Shown in pieces: positions 1 to 10,568 of a stretch of DNA of 64,000 nt. The translations under genes and the position numbers were made by a program. Source of the DNA: an uncultured archaeon (GTDB lineage Archaea; Asgardarchaeota; Lokiarchaeia; Sigyniarchaeales; SOKP01); assembly GCA_964486045.1 (NCBI GenBank), contig CAZALK010000004.1:1-64000 (forward strand). The letters run 5' to 3'. The notes beneath the pieces were generated by a model. That model saw nothing but the letters and a program-made list of their open reading frames with translations. It did not search any database and was not told the DNA's origin. Within the stretch, counting starts at the first letter, position 1. Every line of letters begins with the position of its first letter.

Positions 1-1005
1 GCCAAAAATCATGAGTTTTTCGCTTCCTTCCTGCTCCACTACCATTTGAAGCAGCATTTATCAAATAATCAATATTACTGGTTCCAGTTGTATGTAAATC
101 AAGCAGAAGAACAAGGCGATAGGTTATTAAATACCTCAGAAATTGAATTTTTAACTAAATTTTCTGCTGAGAATGAAAGTTTAAGGACAATATTTAGTAT
201 TTATGAAGATATAGGATACTTAGATAAAGGGAAATTTGAAGAGTTTTTAAGCTTGAAAGCAGAGACGATGGGAGACTACAAGGAAGTAAAGGTCTCAGAA
301 AGTCTTTTTAAGCATAGAGTCGTTAAAATACCTTGCCCACATTGTAGTTATCTCTGTTCACCCCACATTCAGTTCTGCTCTAAGTGTGGTGAACCTTTAC
401 CTAAATTGGAAAAATTAAGTGAGTTTGCTAAAACCTCATATATCCCTGATGAGGATTATACCGAAAAAAACATAATTCATTCTCTGGAAAAACTGATTGA
501 TAAACCTATCCCCTTGGCTGAGGAATTTAGTAGATCTTCTACATGTTATATAAATGAGGGGGAGGAAATCACTGGTTTAAGCATTTTTAATTGTGGATTA
601 AAAGCCTATCCACACGAAATTCTAAGACTTAAATTTCTTAAGTCTTTAGCACTAAGGAGAAACAACATTGAGAATGTACCGAAAGAGATTGGATTTCTTT
701 TTAACCTTGAATACCTGGATTTGCGGTTAAATAAGCTTGAAACATTGCCAAATGCAATAGGACTTCTTTTAAAGCTGAGAAATCTAAATCTTAGCTCGAA
801 CAACTTAATGACAATTCCAGATTCTATTGGAGAGATGTTGCTGCTAAGAACCCTAAATTTAAGCAATAATAAGTTAAACAGTATACCCGTAACTATGGAA
901 AACCTACACTCACTTAAATCCCTAAATCTAAAAGCCAATCACTGGATAACAATACCAGAAAGCGTTAAGAAGTTAGAATCAGAAGGGCTTGAGTTAATTT
1001 TATAA
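1..1005 (+). CDS. Leucine-rich repeat protein with double Zn-ribbon (5' end probably outside window)
   Basis: CPHC..CSKC Zn ribbon followed by about five LxxLxLxxNxL repeats. The frame is open from base 1, so the TTG at 46 is probably not the true start. Confidence 0.85.
   Translation, partial: AKNHEFFASFLLHYHLKQHLSNNQYYWFQLYVNQAEEQGDRLLNTSEIEFLTKFSAENESLRTIFSIYEDIGYLDKGKFEEFLSLKAETMGDYKEVKVSESLFKHRVVKIPCPHCSYLCSPHIQFCSKCGEPLPKLEKLSEFAKTSYIPDEDYTEKNIIHSLEKLIDKPIPLAEEFSRSSTCYINEGEEITGLSIFNCGLKAYPHEILRLKFLKSLALRRNNIENVPKEIGFLFNLEYLDLRLNKLETLPNAIGLLLKLRNLNLSSNNLMTIPDSIGEMLLLRTLNLSNNKLNSIPVTMENLHSLKSLNLKANHWITIPESVKKLESEGLELIL
937..955 (+). repeat. 19-bp direct repeat, copy 1 (AATCACTGGATAACAATAC), within LRR gene 3' end
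   Basis: Identical to 4817-4835. Confidence 0.85.
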
Positions 1006-1050
1006 TACGTAATAGGTTCCTAAATCAAAATCATTTTTCTAAAATTGTAG

Positions 1051-1491
1051 TCATTCTGTTTTTTCAGCTTCGTTTTTAACGGGGTCAATCCTTATCAATT
1101 TTTTTATCTTGTCGAAGTCATTATCATGAGAATAAATCTCTTTAATGTTGTTCTCTAAAAGACTTGCACCAATTAAAGAGTCTCGACCACCTATTTTATA
1201 TTTCTCTGCGATCTCAAAAGCCAGTATTATAGTAGAAACAGTAATATTTAAAATGCTAATATTTTCAGAATCAATTATTGCAATTAATATTTCTTTTACT
1301 TTTGATTCACCAAATTTATAGGCTCTTACTAGAGCATGATAGCTTTCCATAAAGACAATTACTGGAATTGAAACTGTTTCTTCACCCATAGCGATTTTTC
1401 TAAGAAGATCTCTACAAGAAACATGCTCAGGTAAGTCTTTATTTACGGCATAAATAATTGTATTAGAATCAATCCCTCTCATATCTTCCAC
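1051..1491 (-). CDS. vapC: PIN-domain toxin (VapC family)
   Basis: IDSNTIIY...E...RDSLIGA...IYSHDNDFD PIN signature; overlaps the upstream small ORF. Confidence 0.9.
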   Translation of the reverse strand: MEDMRGIDSNTIIYAVNKDLPEHVSCRDLLRKIAMGEETVSIPVIVFMESYHALVRAYKFGESKVKEILIAIIDSENISILNITVSTIILAFEIAEKYKIGGRDSLIGASLLENNIKEIYSHDNDFDKIKKLIRIDPVKNEAEKTE

Positions 1492-1709
1492 ATACTTTTG
1501 GTTGCTGCTATAGCATTAATTCCTTTTTCCCCATCTGAAAGTGGATTATCCAATAAATGCAATAATTTATCTTTATTCTCTGATTTCTTCCTAAGTTCAT
1601 GACAAAAAATCAAATAATCTGCGATTTTCAAATTTAATTTAGAAGCTTCTTTTTTAATTTCCCACCATTTTTCTATTAGATTATCATCAATAACGATATT
1701 AGTTCTCAT
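1479..1709 (-). CDS. vapB: Putative VapB-type antitoxin
   Basis: Small ORF directly upstream of the PIN gene; MRTNIVIDDNL start (1709) is typical of VapB N-termini. Confidence 0.7.
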   Translation of the reverse strand: MRTNIVIDDNLIEKWWEIKKEASKLNLKIADYLIFCHELRKKSENKDKLLHLLDNPLSDGEKGINAIAATKSMWKI

Positions 1710-2050
1710 ATATGTAAGTATGTAATACATACAATATAAATCTATGTAGATTAGAGTCTTTGAGTATGTAATATCTTAATATTACCAGTTTGTATATCCA
1801 ATGTATATACAATAAATTACTCTTTTCTAAGATGATTTTGTACAGTCATCAATTTTATTATGAAATTTTGAATAAAAATTAGCTAAATCTTCATCATATT
1901 CTACCGACTCTAACTCATATAGCAACAGCTTCTTTCGAATTTAAGACAAATTCATGAACCTCTAATTTTTTCCAAAAAATTATTTTTTTATAAGTAAGAT
2001 AAGATGTAAAAAAGTAAGGTTTATAATCTTACTCACCGTATAAATATTGA

Positions 2051-2296
2051 TTGGATATGGAAATAAAAAATAGTAAAATATCAACAAAAGGTCAACTAAC
2101 AATTCCCAAAGAATTTAGAGATAAACTTAATCTTCATTCAGGAGATGAGGTGATTTTATATATTAAGGATGATAGAATGATCGTAAAGCCAAAAGTAGCC
2201 CATTTAGGAATGCTTAGAGGACTGTTAAGGAAAGAAATTGATATAGATAAAGCACATGAATTCATTCAATCCGAAAGAAAAAAATGGAGCACATAA
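2051..2296 (+). CDS. vapB: AbrB/MazE/SpoVT-family antitoxin
   Basis: SKISTKGQLTIPKEFRDKLNLHSGDEV AbrB motif; precedes a PIN gene. Confidence 0.9.
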   Translation: MDMEIKNSKISTKGQLTIPKEFRDKLNLHSGDEVILYIKDDRMIVKPKVAHLGMLRGLLRKEIDIDKAHEFIQSERKKWST

Positions 2297-2297
2297 A

Positions 2298-2702
2298 GTG
2301 GAGATTTATATCGTAGATGCAGTGGCATTTTTAGCATATCTAGCAGACAAACTTCCTAAGAAAGCAGATGATATTTTTAGAAAAGCTGAGAAAAAAGAAA
2401 TTAAACTATTGTTACCATCAATCGCATTAGGTGAAACACTTTATACAATATATAAAGGAAAACAAATCTTTGGGGAAGAGATTCCCTTAGAAAAAATTGA
2501 CTTGATTTTTCAGGTTCTTAAAAATGGAGAAATTTTTGAATTAGTCGATTTAAATTTAGATGCTTGGTTCATTTTTCATGGATTAAATATCCCAGAATTA
2601 CATGATCGAATGATTGCTGCAACTTTTTACTATTATAAAGCTAGTGGGCTCATCACAAATGATCCAGAAATATCTGAATCCTTACCTATGATATGGAAAT
2701 AA
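2298..2702 (+). CDS. vapC: PIN-domain toxin (VapC family)
   Basis: YIVDAVAFLAY...E...LHDRMIAATA-like...LITNDPEI; the GTG at 2298 just after the antitoxin stop is the likely start. Confidence 0.88.
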   Translation: MEIYIVDAVAFLAYLADKLPKKADDIFRKAEKKEIKLLLPSIALGETLYTIYKGKQIFGEEIPLEKIDLIFQVLKNGEIFELVDLNLDAWFIFHGLNIPELHDRMIAATFYYYKASGLITNDPEISESLPMIWK

Positions 2703-3174
2703 TGTTTTAGAATGACTCCTTGATTTTGATGTTTCATTGAACTGATTTCTTTATCAATATCCATGGATAGTCGAATTAATTTTTCTAGTGATTCTTTCTT
2801 AACATTAGGAAAGTACCTTTTAATTGAATTTTTAAATTCTTCTTTATCTTTTGTTAATATTAATTCAGAGTCATTTGTAGTGTTAATATAATGGGATAAC
2901 GGTTCATGAGGAGAAAATTCTAATGGCGTTATGCTTAGTTCCTCAAGCATTTTGTTTACTTCTTGCGGTCCAACAGTCAATATATTATATAATTAGGGAT
3001 AGCCCTCATTCGTAATTTTTATTGTATACCCTTTTTCCTTTTTATTTTTAAATCTAATTTTTAGCGTAGGATTATTGTATACAAAAATTATATCTGCATT
3101 ATTTTATAATTTTATTCATGAAAACTTTTTTAAACATGAAAAATATTATAAATACAAGTAAATTATAATTTTAA

Positions 3175-3435
3175 TTGATGATAAAAATGAAAAACGAAGT
3201 AACAGTTACAAGTCGAGGAATGGTTACAATTCCTTCAAAATTAAGGAAAAAATTAAATATAAAAGATGGGTCTAAACTCATCGTTAAAGAACATAAACTA
3301 GGATTATTATATATTCCAATCATAGAATTAGAAGATTTATTTGGAGCTGATTCTAAAGAATTAGGTTATGAAATGATACGAGAAATACATGAAGATCGAA
3401 GAAAAGAAAGAATAAAGAAAACTGAGAAAAAATGA
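3175..3435 (+). CDS. vapB: AbrB/MazE/SpoVT-family antitoxin
   Basis: VTVTSRGMVTIPSKLRKKLNIKDGSKL AbrB motif. Confidence 0.9.
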   Translation: MMIKMKNEVTVTSRGMVTIPSKLRKKLNIKDGSKLIVKEHKLGLLYIPIIELEDLFGADSKELGYEMIREIHEDRRKERIKKTEKK

Positions 3436-3457
3436 AAATGAGAATTATAAACATATT

Positions 3458-3859
3458 ATGAAAAGCATATTTTTAGATACAGGGATTTTTGAATTATTTT
3501 TTAGCGGTAATCAAACCATTAAAAAGATTTTCAACCAAATAAAAAATGAAACCATTAAAGCATTTACATTAGAATTAAATTTATGTGAGAATTTTTATAA
3601 GACATGTGAAAAATTAGGCAAAGAAACCGCCCAAATTAGAAATATTTCTCTTAGAAACAGTAAAATAAAAATTCTTGATATAAATAACCAATTAACAATA
3701 AGATCAGGAATTTTTAAATGTAAATATCCTCAAATATTATCACTAGTAGATGCTTATATAAGTGGATGTGCAGATCTAAATAATTTAGTAATTTATTCTA
3801 CAGATCCTGGGCTTAAAGATATAAAAGAAGCTAAAAATAACATTTTTCCTTTGGATTAA
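3458..3859 (+). CDS. vapC: PIN-domain toxin (VapC family)
   Basis: IFLDTGIF...E...LSLVDAYI...IYSTDPGL PIN motifs; downstream of the AbrB gene. Confidence 0.88.
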   Translation: MKSIFLDTGIFELFFSGNQTIKKIFNQIKNETIKAFTLELNLCENFYKTCEKLGKETAQIRNISLRNSKIKILDINNQLTIRSGIFKCKYPQILSLVDAYISGCADLNNLVIYSTDPGLKDIKEAKNNIFPLD

Positions 3860-3929
3860 TTATATAATCGTTGGTTATTCATTTGCTTGAAAAACTGATT
3901 GATAAACCTACCCCTTTGGAAGAAGTATA

Positions 3930-4751
3930 TTGGATCTTCTTAAAACTCTTCCCTTAACTAGTGATGAAATCGCAGATAAACTCATGCTAAACAAACAAGA
4001 TGCACATACTTATCTTCTACGCCTAAGACATGAAGGAAAAATAAAAACTCTTGGAAAAAGAGGAAAAAATTATATCTACACCTTCAATACCCCAATTACT
4101 ACCAGAAAAACGCAAATTGATACAAACACACTCGTCGATATTTTAAAAGATTATCTTGAGTCTGCACCAACTTTTAAAACTGAAATTAACAAGAAAATTG
4201 CGAAACTTGAAGCGAAACTTAATACCATTGCAACCCAAACACAGGAATATTTAATTCATGATGATGTTATTAAAATTACTTCCATAAGAAATATAGAAGA
4301 AGAGCTTGAAATGTTACATCACATCGAAGACTCGGATACACAAAAGGTAAAATCCCCAGAAATATTAACCAGACAAACTTTTGAATCCTCTGTTTTAGAA
4401 AATATTGACAATATCTTAGTAAATTTGATAGATACCGTTCCAGAAGTAAAAGCTGCTACCATTGTGTCTAATGAAGGAGAAATATTAGCTTCGGCTCTTC
4501 CTCAGGATGTTGATGAGATGACAATCGCCGTAGTGACCGCTGCACTTCTCTCATTAGCCGAAAACGTAATAACTCTAATAAAGAATGGTGATTTTGAACA
4601 ACTGTTTATTCAAGGGGGAATTGGATACCTTCTTGTTCTCCCATCAGGACTCAATGCTGTATTAGCTGTCTCTACATCGAAAAATGTAAAACTTGGTCTA
4701 ATATATCATGATTGTAAGAAGTTTTCTGAACAGATTGCAAAGTTAATTTGA
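3930..4751 (+). CDS. N-terminal winged-HTH fused to C-terminal roadblock/LC7 (MglB-like) domain
   Basis: PLTSDEIADKL...YLLRLRHEGKI HTH; C-terminal VKAATIVSNEGEILASALPQDVDE...LAVSTSKNVKLGLI is a canonical roadblock sequence. Confidence 0.85.
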   Translation: MDLLKTLPLTSDEIADKLMLNKQDAHTYLLRLRHEGKIKTLGKRGKNYIYTFNTPITTRKTQIDTNTLVDILKDYLESAPTFKTEINKKIAKLEAKLNTIATQTQEYLIHDDVIKITSIRNIEEELEMLHHIEDSDTQKVKSPEILTRQTFESSVLENIDNILVNLIDTVPEVKAATIVSNEGEILASALPQDVDEMTIAVVTAALLSLAENVITLIKNGDFEQLFIQGGIGYLLVLPSGLNAVLAVSTSKNVKLGLIYHDCKKFSEQIAKLI

Positions 4752-4816
4752 TTGCTGTTTCATGGTTTAATCTGATTGTAGTAAAAAAATGGAATTTTAG
4801 ACACAGCTTAAAAACT

Positions 4817-4835
4817 AATCACTGGATAACAATAC
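4817..4835 (+). repeat. 19-bp direct repeat, copy 2 (LRR gene 3'-end remnant)
   Basis: Identical to 937-955. The flanks translate LKTNHWITI here versus LKANHWITI in the LRR gene. Confidence 0.85.
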
Positions 4836-5205
4836 ATCAATTAACCTACATATAATACTTGTAATTTCAGTGAAAAAGTCATTTATCTCCCCCGTATCCT
4901 CATTCATGTAAAGTCCGCGATTTAGCTCAAATGATGTTTTTAACAATCTACGGTCAAATTTTTTATCTTTTTTTCTTAGTTATAATAATTAATATAGAAT
5001 AGTTCTTATCATAGGCTATAATAAATTTATTTTAAATTTTAAAATTAAATAGTTATTAATAAAGTATTTCTGAGACTAATAATGCATAACGCAAATTAAA
5101 TGAAATTGAATACCTAAACTGGCTTATTGGGCAACCTTACAATGTTTCGATGGCTATCACAATCGAAGGGAATTTAAATAAAGAAATTGTGAGAAGATAT
5201 TCTAA

Positions 5206-6318
5206 TTAGGTATTATTTTTAAGTACCGAAATGATACGTAGTAATACTGAGAATTTGTCTCCATAATCAAGGTATTCTTCATTCAATCCATCTAATTTGT
5301 TGTAAGATCGCTCACCCGTCTCTGGATTATATAGAATATCATTTATGTCATCATTAAATATTTTTACAGTTTCAAGCTTCACAGTCGTCTTATATTTTCC
5401 AAAGTTGTATGATGTCACGAATATTAATCCTGGATATTTCTCATCCAGAAAAGTAAATGAAATTGAATGAAAAGCCTTATTTTCATTTTTTGCAAAATCA
5501 ACTATTTCTTGGGGTTCTTCAAGCTCAAATCGTTTAAAGACTGTTTGTTGACTCCTATGAATTATTGATTTTGTTTCATCTCGTTCACCAAGCCTTAATA
5601 TGTTACCTGCAGTTAAATATAGAGCATCATATATTCTATCTATCTCATTAAAAGTTCTTTCTATTATATCTGGCTGATTAATATCTAAAGATATATTAAA
5701 TTCCTTAAAATCAAAATCATTAGGATTAAAATAATCATAACATATTTTTCTTAAACCATCTCTCATAATCGTAAAATCTCTATCGTGTTTAATTATTGTA
5801 AATATGTCAATCTTTGTTTTATCTCCATCTAGTTCCTCAAGCATAGCAATTCCATAGGATGTTAAATTTACATTTAAATACCTTTTTCCGCCCCAAAATA
5901 CAGAGGGGTAAACCAACTTGATGTGAACAAATCTATTACGTTCTATATGCACCGGACGTAATCTTGATTGGTTTTCAAAATCAATTATGTCTTGAGCTTT
6001 TTCAGATAATAAATGACTGAATTCATTTATATCGATTTTGCGATCAAGAGTTATTGAACAAATACCTAATTCAAATTTCCCTTTTGAATATATTTCATTA
6101 ATAAAATCAGATGCAAACTCAAGACCAAAATTAACCGTACATACCTCCGTAGCAAAGTTCTCTTTATTTACTGAAAAGTTAATTATTCCCTTGGATAGTA
6201 GAATTTTTCTATAATTTGAAAGATTTGCTTTATTCATTTTTAAAATAATATTAATATCACTAAAATTCAAATAATTTGGTTGCACTTCATCATAATCAAT
6301 ACTGGGAGGTTCACTCAT
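5206..6318 (-). CDS. Hypothetical protein, third gene of a 3-gene operon
   Basis: 370-aa ORF; 4-bp overlap with the upstream nuclease gene. Confidence 0.75.
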   Translation of the reverse strand: MSEPPSIDYDEVQPNYLNFSDINIILKMNKANLSNYRKILLSKGIINFSVNKENFATEVCTVNFGLEFASDFINEIYSKGKFELGICSITLDRKIDINEFSHLLSEKAQDIIDFENQSRLRPVHIERNRFVHIKLVYPSVFWGGKRYLNVNLTSYGIAMLEELDGDKTKIDIFTIIKHDRDFTIMRDGLRKICYDYFNPNDFDFKEFNISLDINQPDIIERTFNEIDRIYDALYLTAGNILRLGERDETKSIIHRSQQTVFKRFELEEPQEIVDFAKNENKAFHSISFTFLDEKYPGLIFVTSYNFGKYKTTVKLETVKIFNDDINDILYNPETGERSYNKLDGLNEEYLDYGDKFSVLLRIISVLKNNT

Positions 6319-7247
6319 TTTTTAAATATCACTTCAAAATCATTAATTCTTGAATCAATTATATCATCAACCCATATTTGAGATTCTTCAATATTGATAT
6401 TAACACGTTTTAAATTATTAAGATAAGTTTCCTTCTCGGCATGATTTCCTTTAAAGAAGAAGTATTTATTTACTTGTTCTGGTTTTATTGGAGTAGTGTT
6501 AAATAAAGATGTTATATACTCACATAAATTCATCGTAGGTTTCTCGAATGAATAAAAAATTAGAGAATTTTTCTCAATATCGTTATATCTATATAAATTA
6601 TCGTCATCTTTATCTCTAGGTAAAAGAAATCCAATTTCGGACTGTAAAAAGCTTGGGATTGGGGATTTATAGAAAAATGTGGAATAATTTGTCCCGAATG
6701 GAGGATAATACCAATAAAGAGGTTTCCTTCCTGTTTCTTGATATAATTCCGCAAATCTAGCGATTTGATAGTTATGAATAAGGAAAATAGTAGGAGGGTT
6801 ATATTTTCTTTTCTCTCCTAATGTTACTTTAGAAAGAATACGATCAAATTTCTCTTTAGAGAAATCTTCGAACCGGTGAAATAGAATACCTTTATTAATT
6901 GATTCCTCTAAAGTTTCAATATTTTCATAGACTTCGGGGATTTTATTTGTTTTATTACGAAATGATTCGATTTGTATCTTCAATTTTTCGATTTGCTTCC
7001 CTAATATCTTAGGTGATATGTAATCATATTCGTCATGTTTACTCTCTATTAAGATTAATTCATTTTTTTCGGTAAACAAATTAAAATACTTAAAAATAGT
7101 ATCAATTCCTCCACCCAATATATCAGTATTTGGAGCAACCAATTCCCAATTACAAAAATTTTTAAAAAATATATTAATCTCTTTTTCATTAATTCTTGCA
7201 ACTTTATTCCAATGTTCCCTTTTTGGTTTTTTACCCATTATTTTCAC
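6315..7247 (-). CDS. Putative PD-(D/E)xK nuclease
   Basis: N-terminal E..I..FF, then GIDTIF and LILIESKH catalytic-like motifs. Confidence 0.6.
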   Translation of the reverse strand: MKIMGKKPKREHWNKVARINEKEINIFFKNFCNWELVAPNTDILGGGIDTIFKYFNLFTEKNELILIESKHDEYDYISPKILGKQIEKLKIQIESFRNKTNKIPEVYENIETLEESINKGILFHRFEDFSKEKFDRILSKVTLGEKRKYNPPTIFLIHNYQIARFAELYQETGRKPLYWYYPPFGTNYSTFFYKSPIPSFLQSEIGFLLPRDKDDDNLYRYNDIEKNSLIFYSFEKPTMNLCEYITSLFNTTPIKPEQVNKYFFFKGNHAEKETYLNNLKRVNINIEESQIWVDDIIDSRINDFEVIFKK

Positions 7248-7921
7248 CTTATGAAATTAAAAAAAATTCCTAATATATCAGATAATATTTCATCCTTTTT
7301 CTTGTGGTAAAAAGTGCCATTCAAATACAAAATTATATCAAGATTTTTTACTCGCCCCTGTACGTTTATTTTTATCCAACTTAAGTATAAATCTTCTTGA
7401 TTCAATAAATCATTGAAATCTTCTTCAGTCAGATTTTTAAAGTGAAAATTACCAATGGAGTTTCCTTTTAATTTATGATTTATAATCATACCTTCTTTTA
7501 ATGTGTAATTAATGCTCGATTTCTCCAGTTCCTTTAAAAAAATCTTAAGATCAATACTTTTTGGAATATTAATTTTTGACTTAAATTCATTATTAAGATG
7601 TCTTATAATAGTTCGGACTTTATTAAGTCCAGAGTGAAAAATTATTAGATTTTCTAAACCATAATAATCAAAAGTAAATTTTTTCAAAATAGGTATTTTT
7701 CGCTGAATTAAACCTTCAGTTTCATCATAGGAATCAATTCTTATCCATATTTTTCTGATCGTCTCATATCGAATGAATTCATCTTCTTTTTTTTTCAATA
7801 TAAATATGTATTTCTTAATTTTTTCAGCTAGATCATCTACAATTTCTTTCTGATTAGTTAACTTAAGGTTTAAATTCTCACAATTGCAAACAGAATACCA
7901 ACCTTTTTTATAAATTATCAT
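7244..7921 (-). CDS. Hypothetical protein, first gene of a 3-gene operon
   Basis: 225-aa ORF; 4-bp overlap with the next gene. Confidence 0.7.
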   Translation of the reverse strand: MIIYKKGWYSVCNCENLNLKLTNQKEIVDDLAEKIKKYIFILKKKEDEFIRYETIRKIWIRIDSYDETEGLIQRKIPILKKFTFDYYGLENLIIFHSGLNKVRTIIRHLNNEFKSKINIPKSIDLKIFLKELEKSSINYTLKEGMIINHKLKGNSIGNFHFKNLTEEDFNDLLNQEDLYLSWIKINVQGRVKNLDIILYLNGTFYHKKKDEILSDILGIFFNFIR

Positions 7922-8229
7922 AAGAAATTATAAAATTTTTTTTTTCAATTAATATTATTTTGCTTTTTGTTTAGGTTATTTTTATCCCGGATTTTAGAGT
8001 TCTTAATTTAATTTGAGTTTTGGTAGTTACTTTTTGGAGACAATATTATATGGAAGTTAATATATTTATACTCGGAATTAGTTTAGTAAAAGATTAAAGA
8101 ATGATTGTCTTAGCTTCCGAGAGCTAACATAGCTAATATATTTATTAATACTAAACCTATAAATATACTATATTTAAAATTGTTATTGAGAGGTGCGAAA
8201 GGGATTTTTGTGTTTTCTCAATAAAAAAG

Positions 8230-8505
8230 TTGATAAATAATATGGTTGATCTATTAGAGGCTGAGTTTAAAGAAGTTGATGAGCAGATGAGATATCAACT
8301 AAAGGGCAATAAAATGTACATTGAAATTGATATCCCTTCTAACCTAAAAGAAGTTGCTAAAAATAGTAATCTAAGTAGTTCAGGTAAGACTTATAGAGTT
8401 TATTCTAATGGGACCCATAGAAAATTTATTAAGGAAGATGCTTATAAGTCTATACAAATTCAATTAAATTGCTACTTATCGGTCAAGGACTCAGAAAAAC
8501 TTTAA
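8230..8505 (+). CDS. Small hypothetical protein
   Basis: 91-aa ORF with SSSGKT segment, followed by a T-rich tract. Confidence 0.65.
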   Translation: MINNMVDLLEAEFKEVDEQMRYQLKGNKMYIEIDIPSNLKEVAKNSNLSSSGKTYRVYSNGTHRKFIKEDAYKSIQIQLNCYLSVKDSEKL

Positions 8506-8666
8506 TTTGATTTTTGGATTTAAAATTTACCTTTTTTATTTTTATATTAATTTAATCAAACTATTTCAGATTTCATTTTCGTCTCAATTTATATCTTAAT
8601 TCCTCTTAAATAAGATTAAAGTATAGGACTTTAAATCTACTCAAATATTTAAAATTCTGAAATGAT

Positions 8667-9104
8667 ATGGAAATTGGCTTAGTAGCTTGCACAAAAAGTA
8701 AAAGATTGCTCCCCTCAATTCCTAAAGAGCTTTATATGGAATCCGATCTTTTTAAAAAAAAAAGGAAATATTGTGAATCCTACCATCACAAATGGTATAT
8801 ATTATCGGCTAAACATCATCTATTAGAACCAAATGGTCCTAAAATCCGCCCTTATGATGAAAAATTAAAAGGTGCAAGAAAAGTAATTAAAGAAGAATGG
8901 AGCCAGAAGGTTTTTGATCAACTAAAGGAAAAGGGGCTATTAAAACATAAGCTAGTAATTCATGCTGGACAAGATTATTATAAATATCTCATCCCTTTGC
9001 TAAAAAAAGAAGATGCTGACTTTGAGATCCCTACGGTTCATTTAGGAATAGGAGAACAAAAAGCTTGGTATAAAAAAATGATTGAAAAAATATCAGAGAA
9101 TTAA
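8667..9104 (+). CDS. DUF6884-like protein
   Basis: IGLVACTKSK..PKELY.SDLF..WYILSAKHHLL.P..I.PYD..IHAGQDY..LGIGEQKAW pattern. Confidence 0.75.
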   Translation: MEIGLVACTKSKRLLPSIPKELYMESDLFKKKRKYCESYHHKWYILSAKHHLLEPNGPKIRPYDEKLKGARKVIKEEWSQKVFDQLKEKGLLKHKLVIHAGQDYYKYLIPLLKKEDADFEIPTVHLGIGEQKAWYKKMIEKISEN

Positions 9105-9185
9105 ACAGTACAATACATATTGGTATTTTCAAGCGAATTTTTTTTCGCTTACGGCTATAAATAAGAGCAATTAAAATTATAGTTT

Positions 9186-10559
9186 ATGGATAGTTTTGAA
9201 TTACAAAATATCCAGAAAATTTTCGATACTTTTTCTTTAAAGTCTGATTTTGAAATTAGATTACAGAAAGATTCTGAAACATTTGAATATAATAAATGGA
9301 GAATGGCCTTCCAAACGATCCCTCAGAATCTGATGAAAAGTAAGTTCATCTACATCATTCTTAAGTTTAAAGAAGACTCCATAATCAGCATGTATATCGG
9401 GAAATCAGCAATAAAAAATGTCAATCGTTTGATACAACATGCAGATGGACTAAAAGGAATACAAGAAGGAAAATCTGAACGTTCAGGATCATTTTATGAA
9501 AGATTTTATAATCGATTTTTTAATACTGAGAATAATTATCCTCTCTATCTTTTAATCTTTAAATGGAACAATATAAAAGTTATAAAAAATGTATTACCGT
9601 TTGATTTAGAGGTAAACCTAGCTAACGCGGAAGCACTCTTAATTTCGACATTTTCCTCCTTACTGGGGGGCGTATTAATTAATCATGAATTCATAACGCG
9701 TACTAAATGGGTTACGAAAGATGTTTCATTAGAAGAATTTAATAAAGTTGAATATATAAATATCAATGGCACCGATATGATTTCACTTTGGAATGAGTGG
9801 TGCGAGAAGTGGTTTCTTTCAAGTGGTTTAGTACCCAATACAAAAATAGACAAAAAATACACGCATATTCCATTATTCGAAACCGACAATACAAATTCTC
9901 TTGTAAATACATTTAAAACCAAAAGTGGAAAAATGATTCTTAAAAAACATCCTCAAATGATACAAAGAATAACCAATTCTGTGAAAATTGTTAAACAATC
10001 ATATGATTATTACTCGCAATTTAAACCAAATGTAAATCGTATTACTTCGGATACCCCTCTTTTTACTGATGGACTTGTATATTGTATTTATGCTCTAAAA
10101 TCTGATATTCAAAAACTCCCTGAATTTTCAGATGTACAATTTAAATCACGTACCATTCCGATATATATTGGAAAAACAGAAACTCTTGGTAGGAATGGAG
10201 GGTATTCCGCCAACTTGAAGGGTGTTGATTCTGGTACGAATCACCAATACTTTGCACGTTGGGGTAATGATGATGCAAGACACATAGGTGGATTGAGTTT
10301 ACGATTTTTTAGGATACCAAACGCATATCCTAGTACTAATTATGAAGCTTGGATTTCAATTATTTTTGACTCTAAAGAGAGAGATAAATCAATTCCTAAG
10401 CTTAAGATTCCAGTTTATTTCCAAATGAAACCCTGGTTCCCCTTTAATATTTCATTTTCAGAGAAGATTGGACTTTTTACGCCTGAATTGGAAACTATTC
10501 TTATTGCTCTATGTAGAAATTTATTTCCAGATATTCTAGTTAATAAACACAATCGCTAA
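9186..10559 (+). CDS. Protein with two GIY-YIG-like nuclease modules
   Basis: FIYII..MYIGKS..NRLIQH..AEALLI and GLVYCIY..PIYIGKTE..FARWG..H..LETILI. Confidence 0.6.
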   Translation: MDSFELQNIQKIFDTFSLKSDFEIRLQKDSETFEYNKWRMAFQTIPQNLMKSKFIYIILKFKEDSIISMYIGKSAIKNVNRLIQHADGLKGIQEGKSERSGSFYERFYNRFFNTENNYPLYLLIFKWNNIKVIKNVLPFDLEVNLANAEALLISTFSSLLGGVLINHEFITRTKWVTKDVSLEEFNKVEYININGTDMISLWNEWCEKWFLSSGLVPNTKIDKKYTHIPLFETDNTNSLVNTFKTKSGKMILKKHPQMIQRITNSVKIVKQSYDYYSQFKPNVNRITSDTPLFTDGLVYCIYALKSDIQKLPEFSDVQFKSRTIPIYIGKTETLGRNGGYSANLKGVDSGTNHQYFARWGNDDARHIGGLSLRFFRIPNAYPSTNYEAWISIIFDSKERDKSIPKLKIPVYFQMKPWFPFNISFSEKIGLFTPELETILIALCRNLFPDILVNKHNR

Positions 10560-10568
10560 GTGATTTTG

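Noticed and set aside
2633-2980. 115-aa minus-strand ORF
   Set aside because: Overlaps the vapC 3' end, has a TTG start and no recognisable motif; at most a gene remnant.
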